This document shows positions 1-9,627 of a stretch of 62,051 nt of DNA, piece after piece; the first letter of the stretch is position 1, and each line of letters starts with the position of its first letter. Origin of the DNA: a virus (lineage: Duplodnaviria > Caudoviricetes); the IMG/VR virus record IMGVR_UViG_3300030098_005428, positions 1 to 62,051 of that record. One strand, written 5' to 3'. The notes under the pieces were generated by a model. That model saw only the letters and a list, made by a program, of their open reading frames with translations, did no database searches and was not told where the DNA came from. The position numbers were made by a program, and so were the translations under genes.

Positions 1-1190
1 TTGTTGAAGGTGAAATGGATGTATTAGCATTTGTAGAAGCTGGTATTAGAAACGTTGTATCTGTTCCTAACGGAGCAACATTAAACCAAAATAACTTAGA
101 TTATCTTGATAATTGTATAGATTATTTTGAGAATAAAGAAAAAATAATATTAGCTGTTGATCAAGATGAAGCTGGTACAGCATTACAACAAGAATTTATT
201 CGTAGGTTAGGTGCTGAAAATTGTTATTTAGTAGATTTTAGAGATTGTAAAGATGCTAATGAGTATTTACTCAAGTATAGTGTTGAAGATCTTAGAAATG
301 TTATAGCAATAGCTAAACCTGTGCCTCTTGAAAATGTATCTACATTAAAAGATGTTGAAGAGGATTTAAAGGATTTTGTGAAACATGGTTTTAAACCTGG
401 ATTTCAAGTTGGACTTGAAAACTTTGATGATATATTCAGTACATATACTGGACAGTTCATTACAGTAACAGGTATACCATCATCAGGTAAATCAGATTTT
501 GTTGATCAAATGGTAGTTGGATATAATAAAAACTACGGTTGGAAAACAGCTTTCGCTTCTCCTGAAAATGCGCCCACATATTTACATGCACATAAGCTTA
601 TGCGTAAGGTTTGGCAAGACATGCCATTACCAAGTGATATAGGTGGTAATACATGGAATAATGTAGCTGATCATGTTAATGATAACTTCTTTTTTATTGA
701 TATGGATAAATATAGTTTAGAATCAGTTTTAGCTAAAGGAGCTGAGCTAGTTAAACGTAAGGGTATTAAATGCCTTGTAATTGATCCATATAATAAGGTT
801 AGAGACACAAACGCGGTATCAGATGATGTAAATCGTTATACGATGGATTATCTGTCTAAGATTGAACAATTTTGCAAGAAGTATGATGTATTAACATTTA
901 TTGTAGCACATCCAACTAAAATGTATAAAGGACAAGATGGTAAGATGGAAGAACCTACAATGTATAACATTAAGGGTGGAGGAGAATGGTATGATGCAAG
1001 TTATCATGGTTTATTAGTACATAGAAATTATGAGGATAAAAACACTAAGGTTAAGGTATTGAAAGTTAAGTTTCAAAACTTAGGTGAAAATGGTGGTGAA
1101 GCATTTTTTACTTGGGAACCTAAATCAGGTTGTTATATACCTCAAGTTATTGAAGAAAAACAAAAAGAAGATTTACCATGGGAAGCTTAA
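1..1190 (+). CDS. Primase-helicase (TOPRIM + SF4 helicase, T7 gp4/Twinkle-like), 5'-truncated by window
   Basis: TOPRIM VEGEMD at window start, DQDEAG and KDANE motifs; Walker A GIPSSGKS; LVIDPY; VAHP. Confidence 0.9.
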   Translation, partial: VEGEMDVLAFVEAGIRNVVSVPNGATLNQNNLDYLDNCIDYFENKEKIILAVDQDEAGTALQQEFIRRLGAENCYLVDFRDCKDANEYLLKYSVEDLRNVIAIAKPVPLENVSTLKDVEEDLKDFVKHGFKPGFQVGLENFDDIFSTYTGQFITVTGIPSSGKSDFVDQMVVGYNKNYGWKTAFASPENAPTYLHAHKLMRKVWQDMPLPSDIGGNTWNNVADHVNDNFFFIDMDKYSLESVLAKGAELVKRKGIKCLVIDPYNKVRDTNAVSDDVNRYTMDYLSKIEQFCKKYDVLTFIVAHPTKMYKGQDGKMEEPTMYNIKGGGEWYDASYHGLLVHRNYEDKNTKVKVLKVKFQNLGENGGEAFFTWEPKSGCYIPQVIEEKQKEDLPWEA

Positions 1191-1837
1191 AACAGAATTT
1201 TTATAATGCAAATCACGCGTTTAATTTTCTTTGGGATTATATAAAAGATAACGGTGTGGATTTTGATAATACAAAAACTATATTCAACTGTGGATTTTAT
1301 ATGCATCACCCAGAAGAAAATACTATAGACGTGGATTTTAGAGAATGGAGTAAAGAATACGCAGAGGCTGAATGGCAATGGTATTTATCAGGTGATCCTA
1401 GTATAGATAAGTTAGGTAAAATCTATGGTAAAATACCTCCAATATGGGAACGTATGGCTGATGCAAAAAGAGAAGTTAGATCTAATTATGGGTGGCAATG
1501 GAATCGTGAAGATCAGTTAGATCAGGTTGTTCAAAAACTAAAAGAAAAACCAGATACACGTCACGCTGTAATTAGTATTTATGACGGTAAGGAAATAGAT
1601 CAATATACATATGATACACCGTGTACTTGTGCTATACACATGCAGATAGTAGATGGTAAGTTATGTATGAGCGTTATGATGCGTAGCAATGATCTTTGGT
1701 ATGGGTTTTGTAATGATCAATATTGTTTTAGTGAATTACAAAAACTAGTTGCTAAAAGATTAAAATTACCAATAGGTTGGTACTATCATTATGCTTCAAA
1801 CATGCATATTTATAACGATAAACTAAATAAAAGATAA
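1178..1837 (+). CDS. Thymidylate-synthase-fold enzyme, dCMP hydroxymethylase/methylase type
   Basis: SNYGW, DTPCT, MRSNDLWYGFCND, MHIY; Asp at the position equivalent to ThyA Asn177. Confidence 0.75.
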   Translation: MGSLKQNFYNANHAFNFLWDYIKDNGVDFDNTKTIFNCGFYMHHPEENTIDVDFREWSKEYAEAEWQWYLSGDPSIDKLGKIYGKIPPIWERMADAKREVRSNYGWQWNREDQLDQVVQKLKEKPDTRHAVISIYDGKEIDQYTYDTPCTCAIHMQIVDGKLCMSVMMRSNDLWYGFCNDQYCFSELQKLVAKRLKLPIGWYYHYASNMHIYNDKLNKR

Positions 1838-2664
1838 TGACATATTATTTATACCATATACCAGGTAAAAAGATTGGAGTTACCTGTGATCTTAATAACC
1901 GGGTCACTGTTCAACAAGGCTACGGTCCTGATGAATATGAAATACTAGAAGAATCTAAAGATATAGATTATATATCTAATAGAGAGATAGAATTACAAAA
2001 AGAATACGGTTACAAAGTTGATCGTAAACTATACAAATATTTAAAACCAAAAACCAATATGAGAATAAATGTAACAGAACAAACAACTACATTTCCATGT
2101 CCTAAATCAGATTTAAAAAGAAATCTGCTCAGAAACAGTGGCTTAGTTTGGGAAACTGAACATGGGGAATTTCAAGTCAACGAACACACAATATCTTGGA
2201 TATTAGAAAATGCTAAAACATCAATGTATAACGACCAAAGGTGTTATATATATAATAAAGCATTTGCTTATAATTTTCCTAAAAATTATATTGTTAAAGA
2301 TAAAGATAATAAAAAATCTAAGTCTATATTTAGTGATATAAGAAAATGGGCAAGAGTAAGAGGTATCTACGATAGTGGAGATCAAAAAACTCAATACATA
2401 AAACTACAAGAAGAGGCAGGGGAATTAGCTAAAGCTATATTAAATAAAGATAAAGCTGAAGTAGAAGATGCTATAGGCGATATGGTAGTTGTATTAACTA
2501 ACCTAGCCGAGCTATCTGAGCTTAGGATTGAAGATTGTATTGATTCAGCTTATAAAGAAATAAGTAACAGAAAAGGTAAAATGATAAACGGTACATTTGT
2601 AAAAACAGATGGTTTATCAGAAGCAGAAATAACATTATTAATGGACGAACCAGATGGAAATTAA
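1837..2664 (+). CDS. MazG-like nucleoside triphosphate pyrophosphohydrolase with N-terminal GIY-YIG-like extension
   Basis: C-terminal KLQEEAGELAKA...EDAIGD; N-terminal YYLYHIPGKKIGVT..L..R; possible internal start at MRINV. Confidence 0.75.
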   Translation: MTYYLYHIPGKKIGVTCDLNNRVTVQQGYGPDEYEILEESKDIDYISNREIELQKEYGYKVDRKLYKYLKPKTNMRINVTEQTTTFPCPKSDLKRNLLRNSGLVWETEHGEFQVNEHTISWILENAKTSMYNDQRCYIYNKAFAYNFPKNYIVKDKDNKKSKSIFSDIRKWARVRGIYDSGDQKTQYIKLQEEAGELAKAILNKDKAEVEDAIGDMVVVLTNLAELSELRIEDCIDSAYKEISNRKGKMINGTFVKTDGLSEAEITLLMDEPDGN

Positions 2665-2914
2665 AACAAAAGATTCAATAGTTAGAAAGGTCCTAAAGAA
2701 AATGGACAAACGTAGCTTAATAGGTCAACGTAAATACGGTGACACTATGGAATCAGAAATAAAAAGAAGACAAAAAACTCTTTATCACTTTATGGAAGAT
2801 GTACAAGAGGAGTTGATGGATGCGTTGTTATATCTTGAATCAGCAAAGTATTGCCTACGAGATGAGATACAATATATGGCTAAAATGATGGATAAAGGTG
2901 AGAAGAAGAATTAA
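2654..2914 (+). CDS. Hypothetical helical protein (GxxKYG...EELxD; possibly all-alpha NTPase-like)
   Basis: Coupled ORF; motif GQRKYG..QEELMDALLY. Confidence 0.55.
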   Translation: MEIKTKDSIVRKVLKKMDKRSLIGQRKYGDTMESEIKRRQKTLYHFMEDVQEELMDALLYLESAKYCLRDEIQYMAKMMDKGEKKN

Positions 2915-3338
2915 GAGAAAACGAGGTCCTGTCGTTAGTAAAAAAGTTACTATCGATGGGATTAAGTTTGCTAGTGGACTAGAGGCTTATATGTATAAGG
3001 CATTAAAAAAAGCAAAAGTTAAAGCAGACTATGAAAAAAGAACATTTGAGGTTTTTGAAGGATTTAATTTTAAAAATGAATCTTATGAGAGACAATCAAA
3101 TGGTAAAGGTAGTATGGTTAATAGGGGAAACAAAAAGGTTTTAGCTATTAAATATACACCAGATTTTGAGGGTAAAAACTTTATAATTGAATGTAAGGGT
3201 AGACCAAATGATACGTTTCCTTTACGTTGGAAAATGTTTAAGAAATATGTTTCTAAATATTTAAAAGGTTATAAGTTATATAAACCTCAAAGACAGAGTG
3301 AGTGTGATGACGTTATAAATTTAATAAAACATGGCTAG
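2898..3338 (+). CDS. PD-(D/E)xK endonuclease, T7 endonuclease I / resolvase-like
   Basis: FASGLE, YTPDF, IECKG motifs. Confidence 0.75.
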   Translation: MRRRIKRKRGPVVSKKVTIDGIKFASGLEAYMYKALKKAKVKADYEKRTFEVFEGFNFKNESYERQSNGKGSMVNRGNKKVLAIKYTPDFEGKNFIIECKGRPNDTFPLRWKMFKKYVSKYLKGYKLYKPQRQSECDDVINLIKHG

Positions 3339-3474
3339 AAAAACATTTGGAATAAACACGTATTTTTTTAGACCAAAGAAAAAACGTCCAGGTATTCACT
3401 CTAAAAACAGACATACTAATCAAAAGCATGGTAAATACTATGCTGGAACTAAATATAAAGGACAAGGAAGATGA
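3331..3474 (+). CDS. Small basic protein (47 aa, ends YKGQGR), not in ORF track
   Basis: ATG 3331 to TGA 3474; overlaps both neighbours; MARKTFG...KYKGQGR. Confidence 0.6.
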   Translation: MARKTFGINTYFFRPKKKRPGIHSKNRHTNQKHGKYYAGTKYKGQGR

Positions 3475-3635
3475 GAATAACAAGATGGGAATTAAGTTTT
3501 GGTTTATATGAAGGTTTATTATTTGGATATAGAAATTATCCAGATTGGGATAATTATAAAATAGATCATGTATTTTATTTATTTATATTTGATATTTGTT
3601 TAACATTATTTTACGAAGACGATGGGCTTATTTGA
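3471..3635 (+). CDS. Small hypothetical protein (54 aa), not in ORF track
   Basis: ATGA overlap with upstream stop; MRITRWELSFG...DGLI; fills gap before nrdB. Confidence 0.55.
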   Translation: MRITRWELSFGLYEGLLFGYRNYPDWDNYKIDHVFYLFIFDICLTLFYEDDGLI

Positions 3636-4581
3636 CAATAGAATACCGTATAAACCTTTTGAATACCCTGAGTATTACACTGAGGGTTGGTTACCACAAG
3701 CTCAAGCATTTTGGTTACATACTGAAATACCAATGAGTGGTGACGTTAAAGATTGGAATGAAAAATTAAAGCCAGCTGAAAAAAATTTAGTTGGTAATAT
3801 ATTATTAGGATTTGCGCAAACTGAATGTGCTGTATCAGATTATTGGACGCAGAAAGTTGTAGGATGGTTTCCTAAACACGAAATACAACAAATGGCTATG
3901 ATATTTGGATCACAAGAAACAATACATGCTGTTGCATACTCCTATTTAAACGAAACGTTAGGTCTTGAAGACTTTGAAGCGTTTTTACACGAACCTGCTA
4001 CTGCAGAAAGGTTCGATAACTTAGTAAGTTATGATGGCACAGATCCTGTAGAGATTGGAAAGTCATTAGCTGTATTTTCAGCTTTTGCAGAGGGAGTAAG
4101 TTTATATTCAGCTTTTGCGGTGTTATATAGCTTTCAACTAAGAAACTTATTAAAAGGCGTGGGACAGCAAATGAAATGGTCTGTGAGAGATGAATCTTTA
4201 CACAGCAAAATGGGTTGTCGATTATTTAGACATATGTGTGAGGAAAAACCAATGCTATTAAAAGCTTGTAAACCACATATAGAAGAAGCAGCTATGACAA
4301 TGGTAGAATTAGAAGAAAAATATATAGACAAGATGTTTGAAATGGGGGATCTGGAAAATCTAACTAAATACGATTTAAAACAATTTATTAGAAAAAGAGC
4401 AAATGAGAAACTTAAAGAACTCGGATACAAAGAGATCTTCGAATATGATAACAAAGGTGCTAAGAATCTTGACTGGTTCTATCATCTCACTGGCGGTCAT
4501 ACTCATACTGACTTCTTTGCGATCAGGCCTACCGACTACAGCAAAGCAAATGAGGGAGAAGATTTCGAAAATATCTGGTAA
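3622..4581 (+). CDS. nrdB: Ribonucleotide reductase class I beta subunit
   Basis: QETIHAVAYS, EGVSLYSAF, RDESLH diiron ligands; DFFA near C-terminus. Confidence 0.95.
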   Translation: MGLFDNRIPYKPFEYPEYYTEGWLPQAQAFWLHTEIPMSGDVKDWNEKLKPAEKNLVGNILLGFAQTECAVSDYWTQKVVGWFPKHEIQQMAMIFGSQETIHAVAYSYLNETLGLEDFEAFLHEPATAERFDNLVSYDGTDPVEIGKSLAVFSAFAEGVSLYSAFAVLYSFQLRNLLKGVGQQMKWSVRDESLHSKMGCRLFRHMCEEKPMLLKACKPHIEEAAMTMVELEEKYIDKMFEMGDLENLTKYDLKQFIRKRANEKLKELGYKEIFEYDNKGAKNLDWFYHLTGGHTHTDFFAIRPTDYSKANEGEDFENIW

Positions 4582-4803
4582 ATGAGAAAATATTTATTGT
4601 TATTATTACTTGGTTGTAATGAAGATAACTTTATAATACCATCAGGTTGTTTAAATGAACCTGATAATGAATTAGTATGCACTATGGAAATAGATTATGT
4701 TTGTGGTTGTAATGGTTATTTTTATGCTAATGAATGTTGGGCGATGAGAGATGGTAATACTAGCTGGACAGCAGCTACAATAGAAACAGATTGTAAAAAA
4801 TAA
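4582..4803 (+). CDS. Putative lipoprotein with Kazal-type domain
   Basis: MRKYLLLLLLGC lipobox-like start; CTMEIDYVCGCNGYFYANEC Kazal pattern. Confidence 0.65.
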   Translation: MRKYLLLLLLGCNEDNFIIPSGCLNEPDNELVCTMEIDYVCGCNGYFYANECWAMRDGNTSWTAATIETDCKK

Positions 4804-4814
4804 AATAAAATAAA

Positions 4815-5045
4815 ATGAAAAAATTGTTAGCAATTATATTAATGGTTATTATAACCGCGTGTGGTTCTACAAGAAATTGGTTTAGAACATATTATGATGA
4901 TATATTATACCTTGAGTTTAAACATTTTGGAACTGATTCAGTGTATATATACACACCTGATGAATTACGTTTGATTGATGATAGACTTTTTTATGATGAT
5001 AATTTTGATTTAACAGCAATAGTATATAAGAGTAATGTGGAGTAA
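4815..5045 (+). CDS. Putative lipoprotein
   Basis: MKKLLAIILMVIITAC signal/lipobox. Confidence 0.55.
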   Translation: MKKLLAIILMVIITACGSTRNWFRTYYDDILYLEFKHFGTDSVYIYTPDELRLIDDRLFYDDNFDLTAIVYKSNVE

Positions 5046-6759
5046 TAGATGGAAAAAAGGTATTGACTACCCAGAGTGGGCAGATGCCGAAGTATATAAA
5101 AAAACTATAACTGGAGGATACCTTTATAATGGTGAGACACCTAAAGAGGCATACGAGAGAGTGGCTAAGGCCGCGGCAAAAAGACTAAACAAACCTGAAC
5201 TTGCAGATAAATTCTTTGAATATATTTGGAAAGGATGGTTATGTTTAGCTTCTCCAGTATTATCTAATATGGGAACTGATAGAGGTTTTCCTATTAGCTG
5301 TTTTGGTATTGATGTTGCAGATTCAATCTACGACATCGGTAACAAAAATTTAGAAATGATGTTGTTAGCTAAACATGGTGGTGGAGTTGGTATTGGTGTA
5401 AATCAAATAAGACCAGCTGGATCTACAATTACAAACAATGGAACATCAGATGGTGTTGTACCTTTTTGTAAAGTATATGATTCAACTATATTAGCTACAA
5501 ATCAAGGGAGTGTCAGACGGGGAGCTGCATCAGTTAATTTAAACATAGATCACCCTGATTGGGAAGACTGGTTAGAAATCAGAGAACCAAAAGGCGATGT
5601 AAATAGGCAATCATTAAACATGCATCAATGCACTGTTGTTAGTGATAAGTTTATGAGAAAGTTAGCTGCTGGAGATAAAGTTGCAAGACGTAAATGGAGT
5701 AAGTTATTACAAAAACGCAAAGCAACTGGAGAACCTTATGTAATGTTTAAGGGTAATGTTAATAAACAAAATCCTAGTATGTATAAGGATAATGCTCTTA
5801 AAGTCTTTATGACTAATATATGTTCAGAGATTGTATTACACACTGATGAATCACATAGTTTTGTGTGTTGTTTATCTAGTTTAAATCTAGCTAAATATCA
5901 TGAGTGGAAAGATAGTAATTTAATTTATGATAGTATATGGTTTTTAGATGGTGTATTAGAAGAGTTTATACAAAGAGCTAAAAACGTAAGAGGGTTTGAA
6001 AATGCTATAAGATCTGCTGAGAAAGGTAGAGCTTTAGGATTAGGAGTTCTTGGATGGCACACATATTTACAACAGAAAGGATTTCCTTTCGAAGGATTAT
6101 TAGCACAATATGAAACTAGAAGAATATTTAGTCAAATTAAAATTGAAAGCGAAAGAGCCTCAATGGTACTTGCTGAAACATTTGGTGAACCTCTTTGGTG
6201 TGTTGGTACTGGTATGCGGAACACTCATCTTAGGGCTATTGCTCCTACTGTTAGCAATAGTAAGCTTAGTGGGAATATCAGCCCTGGTATTGAGCCTTGG
6301 GCCGCTAATGTTTTTACTGATCAGTCTGCTAAGGGGACTTTCATACGTAGGAACCCTACGCTTGAAGCTACATTAAAAGAACATAATTTAAATACTGATA
6401 AGATATGGAATCAGATTTTAAAAGATGGAGGTTCAGTGCAGGGTATAAAAGCTTTAGATAAAGTTATGTTAGGTCCAGAAAAGGACATACCTATAAAAGA
6501 AGTTTATAAGACTTTTAAAGAGATTAATCAATTAGAGTTAGTTAATCAAGCTGGAATAAGACAACAATATATAGATCAAGCTGTTAGTTTGAATCTAGCT
6601 TTTCCAGCTCAAGCTGATCCTAAATTTATTAATAAAGTTCACCTAGAAGCTCATAAAAAAGGTATTAAAACCTTATATTATATGAGAACTGAATCTGTAT
6701 TAAGAGGAGATATAGCTGAACAAGCTATGCAGGAAGATTGTTTAAGTTGCGATGGGTAA
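5035..6759 (+). CDS. nrdA: Ribonucleotide reductase class I alpha subunit (short form)
   Basis: SCF, GGGVG, TNICSEI, APTVSNS, TLYY, C-terminal CLSCDG. Confidence 0.95.
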   Translation: MWSNRWKKGIDYPEWADAEVYKKTITGGYLYNGETPKEAYERVAKAAAKRLNKPELADKFFEYIWKGWLCLASPVLSNMGTDRGFPISCFGIDVADSIYDIGNKNLEMMLLAKHGGGVGIGVNQIRPAGSTITNNGTSDGVVPFCKVYDSTILATNQGSVRRGAASVNLNIDHPDWEDWLEIREPKGDVNRQSLNMHQCTVVSDKFMRKLAAGDKVARRKWSKLLQKRKATGEPYVMFKGNVNKQNPSMYKDNALKVFMTNICSEIVLHTDESHSFVCCLSSLNLAKYHEWKDSNLIYDSIWFLDGVLEEFIQRAKNVRGFENAIRSAEKGRALGLGVLGWHTYLQQKGFPFEGLLAQYETRRIFSQIKIESERASMVLAETFGEPLWCVGTGMRNTHLRAIAPTVSNSKLSGNISPGIEPWAANVFTDQSAKGTFIRRNPTLEATLKEHNLNTDKIWNQILKDGGSVQGIKALDKVMLGPEKDIPIKEVYKTFKEINQLELVNQAGIRQQYIDQAVSLNLAFPAQADPKFINKVHLEAHKKGIKTLYYMRTESVLRGDIAEQAMQEDCLSCDG

Positions 6760-7732
6760 TTTAAAATTTCCAGGACAAAATAATCCTCATTTTACAGATA
6801 GAGGTTTAGGAGATACGATAGACAGGTTTACACAAGCCACTGGTATAAAATGGTTAGTTGTTACTATTACCGGTTGGTTTGGTTTGTCCTGTGGTTGTAA
6901 ATATAGAAGAGAATTATTTAATAAATGGTTTCCATATAAACAAAAAAAGAAAATGAATAAACGAATAACATTAGAGGATATATTAGATCCTATAAGCCCT
7001 AAAGTATTTTTTAGTGAATATTGGGGTAAAAAACATTTAATAATAAGAAGAAATAAATTTAAAAATCTTTTTACTTGGGCGGATTTTAGTCATTATATGA
7101 ATCAATATCCGGCTATGAAAGGAATGCAAATTTTAGATTATAGAAAAGAAAATGATGGTAGGTGGTGTCTTGATAAAGTTAGGAAAGGACAATTAAAACT
7201 TCCAATGTTATCTAAAAGGGATGTGTACCACCAGTGGAATAATGGTAAATCAATTGTATTACCATTCGCGGAATATCAAAATAAAGATATGGTTGATATA
7301 TGCCATGAGTTTGAGAGGTATTTTAGAAACGGACAATCAAATATATATTGTTCACCAAGAGCTAATTCTAAAAGTTTTCCAGCTCATTCTGATCAGACAG
7401 AAAACTTTTTATTTCATACTGAAGGTAAAGTTAAATGGACTATATATAAAGAATTTGCTCCAGCTAAACCTAAAGAAATATTAGAAGAAGCTATATTAGA
7501 AGCAGGAGATTTTCTATATATACCGCAATATCAATATCATAAGGTTGATACAGTTGGACCAAGAATATTAATAAGTGTTCATTTTGCTAATAAAGATAAA
7601 CAATGTCTATCTAATTTTAAAATAGGTAAGTTAGGTGATACTAATAGATCTAAGTGGTATAATTGGACACCACAAAATAAATCAAATGGTAAGAAATTAC
7701 CTTTATTTCCTAGAAGACAAAGAAGTTGGTAA
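6752..7732 (+). CDS. JmjC/cupin 2OG-Fe(II) oxygenase (ROX/YcfD-like) with N-terminal CGC-containing module
   Basis: FFSEYWGKK, HSD...H facial triad, LEAGDFLYIP; N-terminal GLGDTI..ATGIK..CGC. Confidence 0.75.
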   Translation: MGNLKFPGQNNPHFTDRGLGDTIDRFTQATGIKWLVVTITGWFGLSCGCKYRRELFNKWFPYKQKKKMNKRITLEDILDPISPKVFFSEYWGKKHLIIRRNKFKNLFTWADFSHYMNQYPAMKGMQILDYRKENDGRWCLDKVRKGQLKLPMLSKRDVYHQWNNGKSIVLPFAEYQNKDMVDICHEFERYFRNGQSNIYCSPRANSKSFPAHSDQTENFLFHTEGKVKWTIYKEFAPAKPKEILEEAILEAGDFLYIPQYQYHKVDTVGPRILISVHFANKDKQCLSNFKIGKLGDTNRSKWYNWTPQNKSNGKKLPLFPRRQRSW

Positions 7733-7733
7733 T

Positions 7734-7973
7734 ATGAGAGTAGCAATAATAAATTGTCCTAGAGAACTAGGATTACATTGGAGATTAACACAGGCATTTT
7801 GCGCTAAATGGATACCGTATCATATAGAAGATGAGGGTGGTTTAAAAGAAGGCAAACATACGGGTGTTATATTTTTTGATGAGAAAAACCCAGAATTAGT
7901 TAATAAAATTATAAATTTAATACAAGATGAAAGCAGGAAAAATATGGGGAAAGACGGAGAAGATCCACGCTAA
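7734..7973 (+). CDS. Hypothetical protein
   Basis: ATG 7734 just after the upstream stop is a more likely start than 7635. Confidence 0.55.
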   Translation: MRVAIINCPRELGLHWRLTQAFCAKWIPYHIEDEGGLKEGKHTGVIFFDEKNPELVNKIINLIQDESRKNMGKDGEDPR

Positions 7974-8271
7974 TGGCGTCTTCGAATTTCACAGAATAGA
8001 ATTTAATAAAGGATTTAAATGTTCAGAACATGAACATGAATTTAAATGGAATGGATTTTTTGTAGAATCAGGAGAGATGTTAGTTAGAGTTTGGCAAGAT
8101 GATCAAGGATTGGTTGATGAGACAATATTAAAAGCAGGAGATTTTACTATGGTTAAACCAGGTAAGTACCATCAATTTGAAGGATTAAAAGATGGTGTGG
8201 CTTTTGAATTATATTGGGCTGAATTTAATCACGATGATATAAGAAGAAGAACTGTGGGTAAAAAATCATGA
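7927..8271 (+). CDS. Cupin-fold protein (sugar isomerase-like)
   Basis: KIWG start, SEHEH..K..F.V.SG and PGKYHQF cupin motifs; directly upstream of kdsB. Confidence 0.7.
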   Translation: MKAGKIWGKTEKIHANGVFEFHRIEFNKGFKCSEHEHEFKWNGFFVESGEMLVRVWQDDQGLVDETILKAGDFTMVKPGKYHQFEGLKDGVAFELYWAEFNHDDIRRRTVGKKS

Positions 8272-8915
8272 ATATATGTATTGCAATACCAGCAAGATTA
8301 AAAAGCACTAGATTAAAAGAAAAAATGCTTATCAACATTGATGGTGAACCACTTATTAGATATATGTTTGATAGAGTTAGAACTATGGGTTATGATACGT
8401 ATGTAGTAACTGATAGTAAAAAAATAGCACAACATATAACTAATGAAAACGTTATAATGTCTAACAAAGCAGAAAATGGAACAGCTAGAATAGCATCAGT
8501 GTTAGATAAACTCAAACAATACGATATTATAATAAATATTCAAGGTGATATGGTTGATATGGATGTTTGGCATTTAAGAACAATTACTGATAGATGCAAA
8601 CAAGGTTTTGATTATATGTTAACAGCTTACACAGAAAGTTACGAACCTAATGGTGTTAAGTGTATACATCAAGAAGGTAAAGCACTATGGTTTACTAGAA
8701 AAGATATAGGTTATGGAGATAGACACATTGGTATTTATGCTTATAAACCTGAGCTTTTAAGATCATATGATTTATTTCATGATCAATATCCAGAAGAAAA
8801 TTTAGAACAAAATAGAATATTAGGATACTACGATGTAGATGTAGTTAAAATTAAATACAATGGAAAAGAAATCAACACAGAAGAAGATATTAATAGCTGG
8901 ACCATGCAGCATTGA
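8268..8915 (+). CDS. kdsB: CMP-Kdo synthetase (3-deoxy-manno-octulosonate cytidylyltransferase)
   Basis: IPARLKSTRL..K, GTAR, NIQGD, RHIGIYAY, ENLEQNR, INTEED. Confidence 0.85.
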   Translation: MNICIAIPARLKSTRLKEKMLINIDGEPLIRYMFDRVRTMGYDTYVVTDSKKIAQHITNENVIMSNKAENGTARIASVLDKLKQYDIIINIQGDMVDMDVWHLRTITDRCKQGFDYMLTAYTESYEPNGVKCIHQEGKALWFTRKDIGYGDRHIGIYAYKPELLRSYDLFHDQYPEENLEQNRILGYYDVDVVKIKYNGKEINTEEDINSWTMQH

Positions 8916-9627
8916 AAGTGAAGTACAAGCTTTAACTTTAGCCCATGATCTTAGTTTATTAGCAGAAAAATATAATTTTGATTATATATTTAAAGGATCT
9001 TTCGACAAAGCTAATAGAACATCTGTACATTCTAAAAGAGGTATTGGCTTAGAAAAAGCTGTAAAAATATTTGACAAGATTAAAACTCACGTGGGTTGTA
9101 AAACTACAACAGACGTTCATGAAACTTGGCAGGTGGATAAACTTGAAGATGTAATTGATGTAATACAAATACCAGCGTTTTTATGTAGACAAACTGATTT
9201 GTTAGTTGAAGCTGGTCAAACTATGAACACTGTTAATATTAAGAAGGGTCAATTTGTTGAGGGTAAGAATATGATTCACGCAGTTAATAAAGTTAAAAGT
9301 ACAGGTAATAATAATATTATGCTCACTGAGCGAGGATCAATGTTTGGTATGGGTGATTTAGTTGTAGACTTTAGACAAATTGTTGATATGAAAGAATTAA
9401 AAGTACCAGTTATAATAGACTGTACACATTCAACACAAAGACCTAATTCAGGTGATACAACAGCTGGTCAACCAAAATATGCTATACATATTGCTAAATG
9501 CGCTAAAGCGGTGGATGTTGATGGTTACTTTTTTGAGGTTCATGAAGATCCAAGCGCGGCATGGAGTGATGGATCTAATATGATACAATTAAATAAATTT
9601 GAAGAAATATTAAAACAATTAGTATGA
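8860..9627 (+). CDS. kdsA: Kdo-8-phosphate synthase
   Basis: IAGPCSIES, SFDKANRTS, QIPAFLCRQTDL, NIKKGQF, ERG, DCTHSTQ, FFEVH, SDG. Confidence 0.95.
   Translation: MEKKSTQKKILIAGPCSIESEVQALTLAHDLSLLAEKYNFDYIFKGSFDKANRTSVHSKRGIGLEKAVKIFDKIKTHVGCKTTTDVHETWQVDKLEDVIDVIQIPAFLCRQTDLLVEAGQTMNTVNIKKGQFVEGKNMIHAVNKVKSTGNNNIMLTERGSMFGMGDLVVDFRQIVDMKELKVPVIIDCTHSTQRPNSGDTTAGQPKYAIHIAKCAKAVDVDGYFFEVHEDPSAAWSDGSNMIQLNKFEEILKQLV

Noticed and set aside
1178-1837. Canonical thyA
   Set aside because: Specificity residue is Asp rather than Asn, and motifs match the dCMP-modifying branch.
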